A DNA stretch of 64,000 bases from an uncultured Candidatus Berkelbacteria bacterium (GCA_903877885.1 CAIRFN010000006.1:156332-220331), one strand, 5' to 3'; positions 47,851 through 57,832 are shown, counted from the first letter of the stretch. Notes: generated by a model from the letters alone, not told the origin. Program-made: numbers and translations.

Positions 47851-48162
47851 ATGGAAACTCAAAACAACAAATTGTTTGTTGGTAATCTTCCTTTTTCGAT
47901 TGATGACGCCAAATTAGCCGCTCTCGTCACTGACGCTGATGCTACTTTGAAAGTCGTTGAAGCTAAAGTCATTGTTGACCGCTTCACCAATCGTTCAAAA
48001 GGTTTTGGTTTCATTACCTTAGAATCAGACGAAATGGCCCAAACCGCTATCTCTTTGATCAACGGTAAAGAAATCGACGGCCGTCAAATCGCCGCCAATA
48101 TTGCCCGACCAATGGAAAAACGCGATAACAATCGTGGTGGTTCATTCCGTCGCTCATTCTAA
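47851..48162 (+). CDS. RRM-type RNA-binding protein with a Gly/Arg-rich tail
   Basis: RNP2 KLFVGNL, RNP1 KGFGFITL, and the C-terminal RDNNRGGSFRRSF. Confidence 0.8.
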   Translation: METQNNKLFVGNLPFSIDDAKLAALVTDADATLKVVEAKVIVDRFTNRSKGFGFITLESDEMAQTAISLINGKEIDGRQIAANIARPMEKRDNNRGGSFRRSF

Positions 48163-48269
48163 CTTCGGTTAGAAGCAAATAACAAAAAGTCCCAAAGTCG
48201 CAAGATAAGGGATTTTTTGTTGTATAAAATCTTGATTAAATATTGAAATTCGTTTAATCTTAAAGTGCC

Positions 48270-49466
48270 ATGAAAAAAACCTTAAATATTTCCCGGGAAA
48301 TTTTGGCGGTTTTATTAACTTCGGTTATTCTTTTGTTTTCTTTCCTTGCTTTCAGAACTAACATTTTCAACCAGACAAACGGTCGGACTTTTTTAGTGCA
48401 ACCGATTTCGGCGATTATTGTACCGCACCATGATTTAGCCAGTTCCCTTCGAGCCAGAACTCTGTTAGACGCTTCAGCTAAGGTTAATCCAAAAACTGTG
48501 GTCATTGTTTCGCCAAATCATTTTGATGCCGGTGGCTATAATATTGAAACGACCGATCGAACTTGGCGACTAACCAATGCCTATTTTATGCCAGACACGA
48601 CTAAAATCCAGGCGCTTAACTTGCCACTTGTAGATATGGCATTTGATCGCGAACATGGTATTTTTAACCTGTTAGATCCGGTTAAAACTGTTTTTCCTGA
48701 TACAAAAATTATCCCGATTATGATCAAACAAAATACACCAGCTGCTCAAATCGATGATCTGGAAAAGAGCTTGGAATTGGTTTGCGGTGGTGGTTGTCTT
48801 CTAATTTCTTCGATTGATTTTTCACATTATCAACCAGCTTCGATTGCTTCGGTTCATGATCTGTTGAGCATTAAAACATTATCAAATCTCAATGAAAACT
48901 TAGCTTGGCAAACCGAGGTTGATTCTAATCCAACCTTATATTTAACAATCAAATGGGCTAAAGCCAAAAACACCAATGATTTTCACTTGTCGGCTAATAC
49001 CAATTCTGGCATTATCTCTCATTCGCCGGATGCCGAATCAACCAGTTATGTTTCCGGTTGGTTTGAGTCCGGTTTGGTAAATCCGACCAAAACCGAAACT
49101 TTTGTCGCTGGATTTAATTTAAATAATCTGTCTGATAAGAGATTAGCAAATGGTTTAGATCAAAAAATTGATTTGAATAATAATCATGAGATGGGTTTGA
49201 TTTGCTACAATAAACCAGAATATTGCGGTTTAAACCGGTTGTTTTGGGGTCCGAATTTTTACCATCCGATTCTAAATGGTTTGGTTGTTGAAGGTGAAAT
49301 TCAAACCGATCAATATAAATTGGTTTTGGCTCCAACCGATCCGCAAACCAATTTGATTCTAACCGGTCAAAAAAAGCTAGATGAAATTAATCAAATTCGT
49401 CATAATTTAGGGTTAAATCCTACTACAATTGTTGATGAATATGATACAATATATTTAAATAAGTAA
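48270..49466 (+). CDS. Memo-like (MEMO1 family) protein with an N-terminal membrane anchor/signal and a C-terminal extension
   Basis: All five Memo blocks align: AIIVPHHDL (APHAGY), VVIVSPNHF (ILGPSHH), DREHGI (DEDEHSIE), IIPIMI (IIPVLVG), LLISSIDFSHY (VVSSDFCHW). Confidence 0.7.
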   Translation: MKKTLNISREILAVLLTSVILLFSFLAFRTNIFNQTNGRTFLVQPISAIIVPHHDLASSLRARTLLDASAKVNPKTVVIVSPNHFDAGGYNIETTDRTWRLTNAYFMPDTTKIQALNLPLVDMAFDREHGIFNLLDPVKTVFPDTKIIPIMIKQNTPAAQIDDLEKSLELVCGGGCLLISSIDFSHYQPASIASVHDLLSIKTLSNLNENLAWQTEVDSNPTLYLTIKWAKAKNTNDFHLSANTNSGIISHSPDAESTSYVSGWFESGLVNPTKTETFVAGFNLNNLSDKRLANGLDQKIDLNNNHEMGLICYNKPEYCGLNRLFWGPNFYHPILNGLVVEGEIQTDQYKLVLAPTDPQTNLILTGQKKLDEINQIRHNLGLNPTTIVDEYDTIYLNK

Positions 49467-49482
49467 GATTTAGGGAGGGAAA

Positions 49483-51084
49483 ATGAAGAAAATTTGGCTT
49501 TGGATCTCAATTATTGTCTTAATTTTAGCGCTTGGTGGTGAACTATCGTATCTTTATTGGCCACAGATTAAGGTATTTAGTCAAAAATATTTGCCAAAAT
49601 CGGCTCAAACTGTTCAACCGATTATTCAAATTGCCGCTAGTCCTTCGGCCAGCCCGACAGTCAAATCGGTTGTAGTTTCCGACGCCGGTGTGACCTGGAT
49701 TGAACCCAAAAAACTCGATGATTTGAAATTAACAGCTGCTCAAACGACAAACGACGCCATCAATAATACTAATATCTATTACAAAATCGCCGATCTAACT
49801 GGCGGCGGCGAGTTAGATTTGGATGTTTATCAACCAGATTGTCCGTGTCAGCCGGAACTACTTCGATTTAAAAAAGATTCGGCTGGTAAATACACCTATT
49901 TAGTTAAAAACTCGGCCGAGCAGGATTATTCGACTTTTAGCCAAGTTATCAAACCTGAAGTAGTCGCCGACTATCAAACTATTTATCAATCAATTACGGC
50001 GCCAGACTTTTTAACCGTAAATGGCGCAACCTTAAAAGCCGGTGGTAATACTGGATTATTTTCCGATATCAGTAAAGACGCTCAAGAAATTACCACGACT
50101 GATTATGGTAAAATCTATCGAACCGGCATAAATTATTCCTTAAAGTTGGCCGATTCAACTTATGCCATCTATGTTAATAAATTTTCATTTCAAACCGATA
50201 ATGAAATTTCCCTTGTAACCTGGCTAGACGGCACAGCTAATACTGCGCGTTACACGGCCGAAGGTTATGTTGCTTGCGGTCGAACCGCTTCGAATAATAT
50301 TGTTAGCGACACGACTGATATTTCCAGTCGTTTAACTCAAATCGGTAAAACTAATGCCGGTGATCCGGTTTATACGGTGGTGGCTACCGACGCTTTAATG
50401 AAAGCGGCTTATGATAATTACAAGGTCGGTCGTGATAAGGATATTTTGACAATTGACCAATTTGCGGCCAAAAAACCAATTTTCATCTGGAAGAATGCTC
50501 TTGGCGATTATATTGTTTTTACCGGTCGTGATTTTGCAGGACTTGCCGAATGCGGTAAACCAGTAATTTATTTGTATCCAACCGAGGAAACTCAAGTCAA
50601 TGTTAAGCTTGGGGCGACTATTACCAAATCTGAACCCGTTTATAATAATGGTTGGCAAGTGATGGCTAAACCTAATGGCGAATTAACTTTTGGCGATAAA
50701 ATATATCAATCGCTTTATTGGGAAGGCACTGGTCAAGATTATCCGATTGTCAATCAAGGTTTTGTCGTAGCCAAGGCAGATTTAGAAAGAACATTGAAAG
50801 AGCAAGTAGCTAAATTAGGCTTGAATGATAAGGAATCCGCTGATTTTATGGCTTTCTGGTTACCAAAAATGCCTAAAACTGCTTATACTCGTTTAACTTG
50901 GTTTGGCACAAAAGACATAAATCGATTGGCGCCGCTAACAATTACCCCAAAACCAGATACAGTTATTCGCATTTTCTTGGATTTTCAAGGTTTAAATCAA
51001 AAAATCGATCTTAAACCACAAGTTTTGAGCGCGATCCCGCGTCAAGGTTTCACCGTTATCGAGTGGGGCGGTTTACTTAAGTAA
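49483..51084 (+). CDS. Hypothetical secreted/anchored protein
   Basis: 533-aa ORF with an N-terminal hydrophobic segment and no known domain; 17 nt after the Memo-like gene. Confidence 0.45.
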   Translation: MKKIWLWISIIVLILALGGELSYLYWPQIKVFSQKYLPKSAQTVQPIIQIAASPSASPTVKSVVVSDAGVTWIEPKKLDDLKLTAAQTTNDAINNTNIYYKIADLTGGGELDLDVYQPDCPCQPELLRFKKDSAGKYTYLVKNSAEQDYSTFSQVIKPEVVADYQTIYQSITAPDFLTVNGATLKAGGNTGLFSDISKDAQEITTTDYGKIYRTGINYSLKLADSTYAIYVNKFSFQTDNEISLVTWLDGTANTARYTAEGYVACGRTASNNIVSDTTDISSRLTQIGKTNAGDPVYTVVATDALMKAAYDNYKVGRDKDILTIDQFAAKKPIFIWKNALGDYIVFTGRDFAGLAECGKPVIYLYPTEETQVNVKLGATITKSEPVYNNGWQVMAKPNGELTFGDKIYQSLYWEGTGQDYPIVNQGFVVAKADLERTLKEQVAKLGLNDKESADFMAFWLPKMPKTAYTRLTWFGTKDINRLAPLTITPKPDTVIRIFLDFQGLNQKIDLKPQVLSAIPRQGFTVIEWGGLLK

Positions 51085-51245
51085 AAAATATTTAAACCTG
51101 TGGATAAGTGGCAAAATCTGATCGAAATTTTATCAATATTACTCCTTAAAAAAACCGATTTTAACCTGTAAAGTCGGTTTTTTACTTGACAAAAAATTAG
51201 CTAATCTTAATAATAGATATGTAACCTAAATAACAGGTTAAATTA

Positions 51246-51270
51246 TTTACTCGGGACTGACCCGAGTAAA
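51246..51270 (+). promoter_or_regulatory. 10-bp perfect stem-loop immediately upstream of the Shine-Dalgarno of a small ORF
   Basis: tttactcggg-actga-cccgagtaaa, 8 nt before GGAAGGAGG. Confidence 0.4.
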
Positions 51271-51291
51271 CACCGGAAGGAGGTGATACAA

Positions 51292-51495
51292 ATGGCATTT
51301 TCAGTACAATCCCAAAAGTCAGGTCAAACCTACTACCTTCACTCTAAAGAAGTGACTCTACGTGGTGGCCGACTCCAAACCATCTATTTCTTCGCTCGCG
51401 AAGTCAAAGATGGCGCTATGGATTCATTACCAGCTGGCTATGAAGTTATGGAAAACTCACGCACTGGTCTTCCAATGCTTCGCAAGGCCAAATAG
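51292..51495 (+). CDS. Hypothetical small protein (67 aa)
   Basis: Strong Shine-Dalgarno GGAAGGAGG 8 nt before the ATG; no family assigned. Confidence 0.4.
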   Translation: MAFSVQSQKSGQTYYLHSKEVTLRGGRLQTIYFFAREVKDGAMDSLPAGYEVMENSRTGLPMLRKAK

Positions 51496-51624
51496 TTTTG
51501 GCCGAGAAGCAGATAGTTGCTTCGCAAGGCTAAATAATTCATATTATTTAGAAGATATTAAAAGAAAACTTGTTTCTTCCGGAATCTTCGGTTGACGCAG
51601 GTTTTCTTTTTTTATGTTTCTCTC

Positions 51625-51653
51625 TTGACTTTTAACCTGAAATATGGTAGAAT
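51625..51653 (+). promoter_or_regulatory. sigma70-like promoter (TTGACT-17-TAGAAT) for the polysaccharide cluster
   Basis: TTGACT at 51625-51630 and TAGAAT at 51648-51653. Confidence 0.45.
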
Positions 51654-51740
51654 ATACCAGATTAGTTGGTTTTTGACATAGCAGTCAAAACCTGCTAACT
51701 TTAAAAGAAAGACCCATAAAATTAAATTATTAAAACTTAT

Positions 51741-53099
51741 ATGAAAAAACGATCTGAATTATTTTTTACCATTGCTCTAATCCCCGTCGACCTAATTATG
51801 GTCCTCGTGGCTTTTATTTTAGCCTATAAATTACGGTTCTATTTTAATTTGGTTCCAATTACTTATTATGAACCATTTGAAAGTTATTTCCGCTTTATTT
51901 TGTATACCATTCCTTTATGGTTTGTAGTTTTTGCCGCCAACGGTTTGTACTCAACCGACCGCCGCGGCGTAGCTCGGGAATTTGGTAAAATTTGCGTCTC
52001 GGTTTCTGCTGCTATTGCCCTTTTGATGGTCGGGATCTTTTTAACTCGTATTTACTTTTTTTCTCGTTTAGTGATTGGTTTAGCTTGGATTTTAACAATC
52101 CTGACTGTTTTGGCTGGTCGCTACATTCTACTTTTGGTGCAAAGACTGCTTTATCGCCGCGGTATAGGGGTTCACAGAGTCATAGTTATTGGTAACAATG
52201 GTCTGGCCAAAGCCATGGTTAAACAGTTAACCGAAGATAAAAATCTTGGTTACAAAATGGTTAAATTAATCGACAAAGAGGGGATTGAAAAGTTGGAAAC
52301 TATTTTTCGAAATAATCCTGCCGACGATATTTTAATCGCCGATGCTGATTTAGACCAAAACGAAGTGGTCAAAGTTTCGAATTTTTGCCGCGAACATAAT
52401 TTAGGTTTTAAGGCAATTCCTAACTTGTTTCTGGTTCAATCGGCCCATGCTTCAATGCAAACTTTGGCCGGTATTCCGGTTTTGGAATTCAAACGAACTC
52501 AACTTGATGGTTGGGGTCGAATTATTAAACGTATTTTAGATATTATCGGTTCTTTGATTTTGATTATTCTAACCTCACCGTTTATGCTGATTGTAGCCAT
52601 TTTGGTTAAATTAACCTCAAAAGGTCCAATTTTATATCGACCAGAACGGGTTGGATTAGATAAAAATTTTGTGATGTATAAGTTTCGAACCATGCATGAA
52701 AATGCTGAAAAACTACATGAAGCTTATATTAAAAAATATGGTAATATGTTTAAACTTAAAAATGATCCGCGTTTAACTTCGGTCGGACATTTTCTTAGAA
52801 AAACTTCGCTTGATGAACTACCGCAATTTTTCAATGTCTTGAAAGGCGACATGAGCTTAATCGGCCCTCGCCCACCAATGCCAGAAGAAGTGGCTCGTTA
52901 CAGTGATTTTCAAAAACGTCGACTTGGCGTCAAGCCAGGTATTTCTGGTATGTGGCAGGTTTCAGGCCGTTCGGAACTCTCGTTTGACGAATGGGTTAGA
53001 TTAGACGCCTATTACATTGAACATTGGTCTTTGTGGCTTGATTTTGTTATTTTCTTAAAAACCATTTGGGTAGTGGTTAAAGGCCGCGGAGCGTGCTAA
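51741..53099 (+). CDS. Undecaprenyl-phosphate sugar phosphotransferase (WbaP/CpsE-type bacterial sugar transferase)
   Basis: N-terminal TM helices and a C-terminal catalytic domain (KNDPRLTSVGHFLRKTSLDELPQFFNVLKGDMSLIGPRP). Confidence 0.9.
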   Translation: MKKRSELFFTIALIPVDLIMVLVAFILAYKLRFYFNLVPITYYEPFESYFRFILYTIPLWFVVFAANGLYSTDRRGVAREFGKICVSVSAAIALLMVGIFLTRIYFFSRLVIGLAWILTILTVLAGRYILLLVQRLLYRRGIGVHRVIVIGNNGLAKAMVKQLTEDKNLGYKMVKLIDKEGIEKLETIFRNNPADDILIADADLDQNEVVKVSNFCREHNLGFKAIPNLFLVQSAHASMQTLAGIPVLEFKRTQLDGWGRIIKRILDIIGSLILIILTSPFMLIVAILVKLTSKGPILYRPERVGLDKNFVMYKFRTMHENAEKLHEAYIKKYGNMFKLKNDPRLTSVGHFLRKTSLDELPQFFNVLKGDMSLIGPRPPMPEEVARYSDFQKRRLGVKPGISGMWQVSGRSELSFDEWVRLDAYYIEHWSLWLDFVIFLKTIWVVVKGRGAC

Positions 53100-53108
53100 A
53101 CTTAATAT

Positions 53109-54212
53109 ATGAAAGATATTAAAGATCTAAAAATCGCCATTGTGGTTGAAGAACTGACTCAACTTGGTGGGGCCGAACGTGTGCTCGACGCGCTACTGGA
53201 ACTGTTTCCCAAAGCGCCAATTTATACTTTAGTTTGGGATAAAGAAAAAACCCAACACCGGTATGATCAGTTTGATGTTCGACCTTCTTTCATTCAAAAA
53301 CTACCGTTTGGCATTAAAAAATATAAGTGGTATTTACCTTTGATGCCCATGGCAGTGGAAAGCTTTGACTTAAGTGAATTTGACCTAATAATTTCATCAA
53401 GCTCAGCTTTAATTAAAGGTATCGAAACCACTAAAAACCAAATCCATATCTGTTATTGTCATACGCCAACTAGGTATTTATGGAGCGATGTTAAAGATTA
53501 TTTAAAAACCGCGCCAATTCCACTAGTTGCTCGGCCAATTATGCCGTTGGTAATATCAATGCTTAGAAAATGGGATTTGAAAGCCTCAAAACGGCCGGAT
53601 TTTTATATTGCCAATGCTGAAAATATTAAACAGAAAATTAAAAAATATTATAATCGCGATTCAGTGGTAATCTACCCGCCGGTGGATACTGACAGATTTA
53701 AAATTAGTCAAAATATCCAGGATTATTTTTTAATTACTTCGCGGATTGAACCATATAAAAAAGTTGATTTGGTGGTCGAAGCCTTTAATAAATTGGGTTT
53801 AAAACTCAAAGTCGTTGGAAGTGGTACCAAAAAAGCGGAAATTGCCAAAATGGCTGGTCCAAATATCGAATTTACCGGGCGACTATCAGATGAAGATTTG
53901 GCTAAAGCCTATGAAAGCTGTATTGCCTATCTATTTCCTCAAGAGGAAGATTTTGGGATTGTGCCAGTTGAAGCGATGTCGGCGGGCCGCCCAGTGATTG
54001 CCTATAAAAAAGGCGGATCTTTGGAAACCGTCATTGAAGGTAAAACCGGCGAATTTTTCTATCCGCAAACTGTCGAAGCTCTGGTATCAGTAGTTAAAAA
54101 TTTTGATGCTCAAAAATACAATTCTCAATTTATTCGCAACCACGCCTTAAAATTTTCTAAACACGTTTTCAAAGCTAAGATTTTAGAGTATATTAAAGAT
54201 AAGATAAATTAA
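53109..54212 (+). CDS. Glycosyltransferase family 4
   Basis: EDFGIVPVEAMSAGRPVIAYKKGG motif. Confidence 0.8.
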   Translation: MKDIKDLKIAIVVEELTQLGGAERVLDALLELFPKAPIYTLVWDKEKTQHRYDQFDVRPSFIQKLPFGIKKYKWYLPLMPMAVESFDLSEFDLIISSSSALIKGIETTKNQIHICYCHTPTRYLWSDVKDYLKTAPIPLVARPIMPLVISMLRKWDLKASKRPDFYIANAENIKQKIKKYYNRDSVVIYPPVDTDRFKISQNIQDYFLITSRIEPYKKVDLVVEAFNKLGLKLKVVGSGTKKAEIAKMAGPNIEFTGRLSDEDLAKAYESCIAYLFPQEEDFGIVPVEAMSAGRPVIAYKKGGSLETVIEGKTGEFFYPQTVEALVSVVKNFDAQKYNSQFIRNHALKFSKHVFKAKILEYIKDKIN

Positions 54213-54223
54213 AAGGAGTACTT

Positions 54224-54841
54224 ATGGAATTACGCGACTATTTCAAAATCATTGGTAAATACAAAGTTGTTTTCTGGACAATTATTATTTTGTGTGGACT
54301 CTCAGCTTTTGTTTGGACAAAAATTCAACCAGCTTCGTACTTGGCATCGAATACTTTTACGGTCAATAAATCGGCAAGTTTAAAGCAAAAAGATGTTAAT
54401 TATTATCTTTACGATAATTATTACAATGTTCAATCATCTGGTTTGTTTAGTCAAATTGTAGCGACTTGGTTTGAGTCGCCATCACTGGTCACTGAAATCT
54501 ATCAAAAAGCTGGTGTGGAAGTACCAAATGTGAGTCAAAAAACCTTGTCTCGGACTTTCAAAGCTGTTCGGACTGAACCAGCGACGATTAACGTGAGTAT
54601 TTCTGGTTCAAATAAAGAAGATTTATCCAAGTTGTTAGACGCCGCGGCTGTGGTTTTGCAAAATCGAACCAATGAATTAAATAATGGTGGTGATTCAACT
54701 TACGATATCGCTATTTTTAAACCAGTCGTATCTGACGCCAGCTCAAACATTGTGCTAAATACAATTATTGGATTATTTGCTGGATTACTTTTATCAATCA
54801 TTTTGATCTTGGGTGTAGAATACTTCAAAGCCGAAAAATAG
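54224..54841 (+). CDS. Wzz/CpsC-like polysaccharide chain-length determinant domain protein
   Basis: TM helices near both termini; the N-terminus IIGKYKVVFWTIIILCGLSAFVWT and the periplasmic segment are typical of Wzz. Confidence 0.55.
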   Translation: MELRDYFKIIGKYKVVFWTIIILCGLSAFVWTKIQPASYLASNTFTVNKSASLKQKDVNYYLYDNYYNVQSSGLFSQIVATWFESPSLVTEIYQKAGVEVPNVSQKTLSRTFKAVRTEPATINVSISGSNKEDLSKLLDAAAVVLQNRTNELNNGGDSTYDIAIFKPVVSDASSNIVLNTIIGLFAGLLLSIILILGVEYFKAEK

Positions 54842-54862
54842 TCTGATGCTGGCGGAGGGAAA

Positions 54863-56275
54863 TTGGGCTTATTTACTAAAAATAAAACGGAAAAAGTACG
54901 TAAACGCACGAATATTGATACGATTGTGCGTGTTTTACGTATCGAAAAAAAGTTAATTAAAAAGGCTAACCACTTACATTTTTTTAGTTTTATCGTGTTT
55001 TTGATAACAATGGCTGTAATCTTAAATTTGAGTTTTTTTGGTACAGTGGCGGCTTCAACGATTAAAACTAAAACAGATATTTTAAAAACCTTTAAAAATG
55101 GGACTTATTTGGTTGTTTTTCAAAATAATTCGGAAATGCGACCAACCGGTGGTTTTATTGGTAGTTTTGCTACGGTTACATTTTCCGATTACAAGGTTCA
55201 GAAGATTGATTTTAACACCAATATTTACAAATTAGACGATGCTTTTACGGCTAAAAATCAAGTCGCGCCGCCGGCGCCTTTGGCAGTTGTTTCTCATAAT
55301 CATTGGGCTTTACGGGACTCAAATTTTGCGATTGATTATCCAACCGCGGCTAAAGATATTCAGTGGTTTTTCGCTCAAGAATCTGGTCAAAAAGTTGATG
55401 GTGTAATTGCGGTTAATGCTTCGGTGGTTCAAGATCTACTCAAAATGACTGGTCCGGTTTATTTGGCTAAATATCAAACGACAATATCAGCTGATAATTT
55501 CTTTGATCAGATGGCCGAGAAGATTGAAAAGGAATATTTTTACGATGCTAGTCATCAGACGGAAAACGAACCGAAGACCATTTTAAAAGATTTGATGCCG
55601 ATTTTAATGAACAAAGCATTCAGTTTGCCAAAAGTTCAATTAGTTAAATTTGTTTTACAAACGATGAATCAAAAACAGATTCTATTCCAATCCAATAATG
55701 ATCAAATTGAACAAGCGATTTTGGCTAATAACTGGGGTGGTGAGATTCAAAGTTCGAACAGTGATTATTTGGCTATTAATAATGCCAATATCACGGACTT
55801 AAGTTTGCAAAAAAACGGTGGAGCTAAAACCAGCCTGAAAGTTAAGGAATCGGTTGATTATCGGGTTTCTAATCTTGATGATAATTTAGTGGCAAATCTG
55901 GCATTAACTCGTTCTCATACCGGTAGTTATGCCTGGCCAGACGGCACCAATGTTAACTGGACTAGAATTTTAGTGCCAGTTGGTTCAACTTTGCAAAAAG
56001 CCGAGTTAAATGGCCAAAATATTATGGATAAAATTCAAATTAGTGAGGATGCAGGAAAAACGACTTTTTCTTTGTGGCTAAATACCAATCCGCAAACCAG
56101 CAATGTTTTAAATCTAAGCTATAAATTGCCAATTTCAACGCAAAATTATCATCTTTTAGTTCAAAAACAACCAGGTAATTTGGGTGATAAGTTGTTTGCA
56201 TCTTTCAATAATCAAGTTTTGTTCAATGGTGTTTTGGATACGGATAAAGATATAAAATTAAAAAATAAAAAATAA
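54863..56275 (+). CDS. DUF4012-domain protein (polysaccharide-locus associated)
   Basis: Single N-terminal TM and the MRPTGGFIGSFA motif characteristic of DUF4012. Confidence 0.55.
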   Translation: MGLFTKNKTEKVRKRTNIDTIVRVLRIEKKLIKKANHLHFFSFIVFLITMAVILNLSFFGTVAASTIKTKTDILKTFKNGTYLVVFQNNSEMRPTGGFIGSFATVTFSDYKVQKIDFNTNIYKLDDAFTAKNQVAPPAPLAVVSHNHWALRDSNFAIDYPTAAKDIQWFFAQESGQKVDGVIAVNASVVQDLLKMTGPVYLAKYQTTISADNFFDQMAEKIEKEYFYDASHQTENEPKTILKDLMPILMNKAFSLPKVQLVKFVLQTMNQKQILFQSNNDQIEQAILANNWGGEIQSSNSDYLAINNANITDLSLQKNGGAKTSLKVKESVDYRVSNLDDNLVANLALTRSHTGSYAWPDGTNVNWTRILVPVGSTLQKAELNGQNIMDKIQISEDAGKTTFSLWLNTNPQTSNVLNLSYKLPISTQNYHLLVQKQPGNLGDKLFASFNNQVLFNGVLDTDKDIKLKNKK

Positions 56276-56279
56276 TTTT

Positions 56280-56370
56280 TGTCATCCTGGAGCCGGATGG
56301 CATCCGACATTCAGGATCCAGATATTATTTCTGGATTCCGGATCCTGTTACGAGCCGGTCCGGAATGACA
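56280..56370. repeat. ~90-nt GC-rich compound imperfect palindrome
   Basis: Outer arms tgtcat.../...atgaca with CCGG pairs; inner CAGGATCC..GGATCCTG and GGATG-g-CATCC. Confidence 0.45.
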
Positions 56371-56388
56371 TAATTTTGATTTAAAAAA

Positions 56389-56406
56389 TCCCCCAAGAGT
56401 GGGGGA
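56389..56406 (-). terminator. Intrinsic terminator downstream of the 174-aa ORF
   Basis: tccccca-agag-tggggga with a U-run on the minus strand. Confidence 0.55.
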
Positions 56407-56440
56407 GTGGATAACTGCTTTTCAGGCAGTTTTTTTAGTC

Positions 56441-56965
56441 TTAATCTTCCGTATTAGTATCTATTCTGTCATCTTCAGTATAATTTGTTGGCAGCATATC
56501 CGAATAAATACTGGCTTCGGAGTCAGGATATACATCCGTGCTATTGCCGTAAAATCCGTTCTTTTTACCACCGGCGCCAACCAACGCAGTGATTTCCTCT
56601 CGACGATCAGGATTGGCTTTCCAGAAACTGAAGACCAATTTGGCTAAGGCAGTGTTATCGTTTGCGTCACCGCAATTATTCGATAATTCGCCATAGACTG
56701 GTATAACCCGACCATTAATACTATACCAATTTTTTTCTTCTTCCTGAATTGCTGGTCGGGACCAGAGAATAATTTCGGCTAAAGTCAGTTTCAATTCTCT
56801 GTTAAAACTTTCGGTAATATCGACAATTGTGCTCCAGCGATCAATGTATTCTAACTCCAGAATTTGTTGGGCTATTTCTGCTAGCACTTCAGGAGTTTTA
56901 TTTTTAGAATAAGCATTCAACGCATCCAGAAAACAAAAATCAACCATTTTCAAACCCTCCAACAA
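56441..56965 (-). CDS. Hypothetical protein
   Basis: 174-aa ORF with no recognised domain. Confidence 0.35.
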   Translation of the reverse strand: MLEGLKMVDFCFLDALNAYSKNKTPEVLAEIAQQILELEYIDRWSTIVDITESFNRELKLTLAEIILWSRPAIQEEEKNWYSINGRVIPVYGELSNNCGDANDNTALAKLVFSFWKANPDRREEITALVGAGGKKNGFYGNSTDVYPDSEASIYSDMLPTNYTEDDRIDTNTED

Positions 56966-57044
56966 ATTCAGCCTTAAATTGTATTCAAGACTGTACGACT
57001 ATTTTACGTCAAAAATTAGTTTTGGTCAAGCTAGATAATACCGA

Positions 57045-57070
57045 AATGTACACCCCGGGGGTGTACATTG
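57045..57070. repeat. Perfect 26-bp palindrome AATGTACACCCCCGGGGGTGTACATT
   Basis: Located just downstream of the VIT transporter stop, in the promoter region of the 174-aa ORF. Confidence 0.6.
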
Positions 57071-57091
57071 GTTTGGTTTGTCAAAAAAATT

Positions 57092-57832
57092 CTAAATTGC
57101 GCCGAAGAGTTTGCCGATGAAATAACCAGCGAGCGCCGCGCTCATGCCGATAATGGCCATTTGAAAACCGCTTTTGACGGGTTTGCCGACTGTTAATTTG
57201 GCTTTGTAAATTCCGACTAAAAAGAGGACGACAACCGAAATAGCCAGACTTATCCACAGGGCGGTTTTAATTGGCGCGAAAAAATATGGTGTAATTGGCA
57301 CAAATGAACCAACCAACGCCGAAAAACCGACCACAAAACTAGAGGTGTAAATTTCTTTTTGGGTCACGGCTTTAAGTTCCAGTTCTTCCTTCATCATTTG
57401 GTCAAGCCACAATTTATCACTCGATATAACTTTGGCCACAATATCGTCCAGAAGTTTACCATCAAAACCTTTACATTTGTAAATTTTGCGAATTTCCGCT
57501 TCTTCTTTTTCCGGCATAGTATCCATTTCCCGCTTTTCTCGAGCTAATTCCGACAAATAATGATCGCGCTCAGCCATTTTGCTGGTTAAAGCGACTGCGG
57601 CCATCGAAATACTTTCAGCAAAAGTGGCGGCCATACCGCCGGCAATGACAATTTTAAGATCATTGCTCGCCGCCGCGACACCTAAAATGACACCCAAAAC
57701 ATTAACCAGGCCGTCTTGGCCGCCTAAAATCATATCAGATAAAGTATTGCCACTATTTTTTCGAGAGAGTTCGCCACTATGCATATTTACCTCCTTAATA
57801 ATGATATTTTTAGTATAACTCTTCTCTGTCAT
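57092..57832 (-). CDS. VIT1/CCC1-family iron/manganese transporter
   Basis: Conserved N-terminus SDMILGGQDGLVNVLGVILGVAAAS, a central cytoplasmic helix bundle, and C-terminal TM helices. Confidence 0.7.
   Translation of the reverse strand: MTEKSYTKNIIIKEVNMHSGELSRKNSGNTLSDMILGGQDGLVNVLGVILGVAAASNDLKIVIAGGMAATFAESISMAAVALTSKMAERDHYLSELAREKREMDTMPEKEEAEIRKIYKCKGFDGKLLDDIVAKVISSDKLWLDQMMKEELELKAVTQKEIYTSSFVVGFSALVGSFVPITPYFFAPIKTALWISLAISVVVLFLVGIYKAKLTVGKPVKSGFQMAIIGMSAALAGYFIGKLFGAI

Noticed and set aside
56280-56370. An integron attC site.
   Set aside because: The ends do not match the R''/R' (RYYYAAC / GTTRRRY) consensus and there is no integrase nearby.
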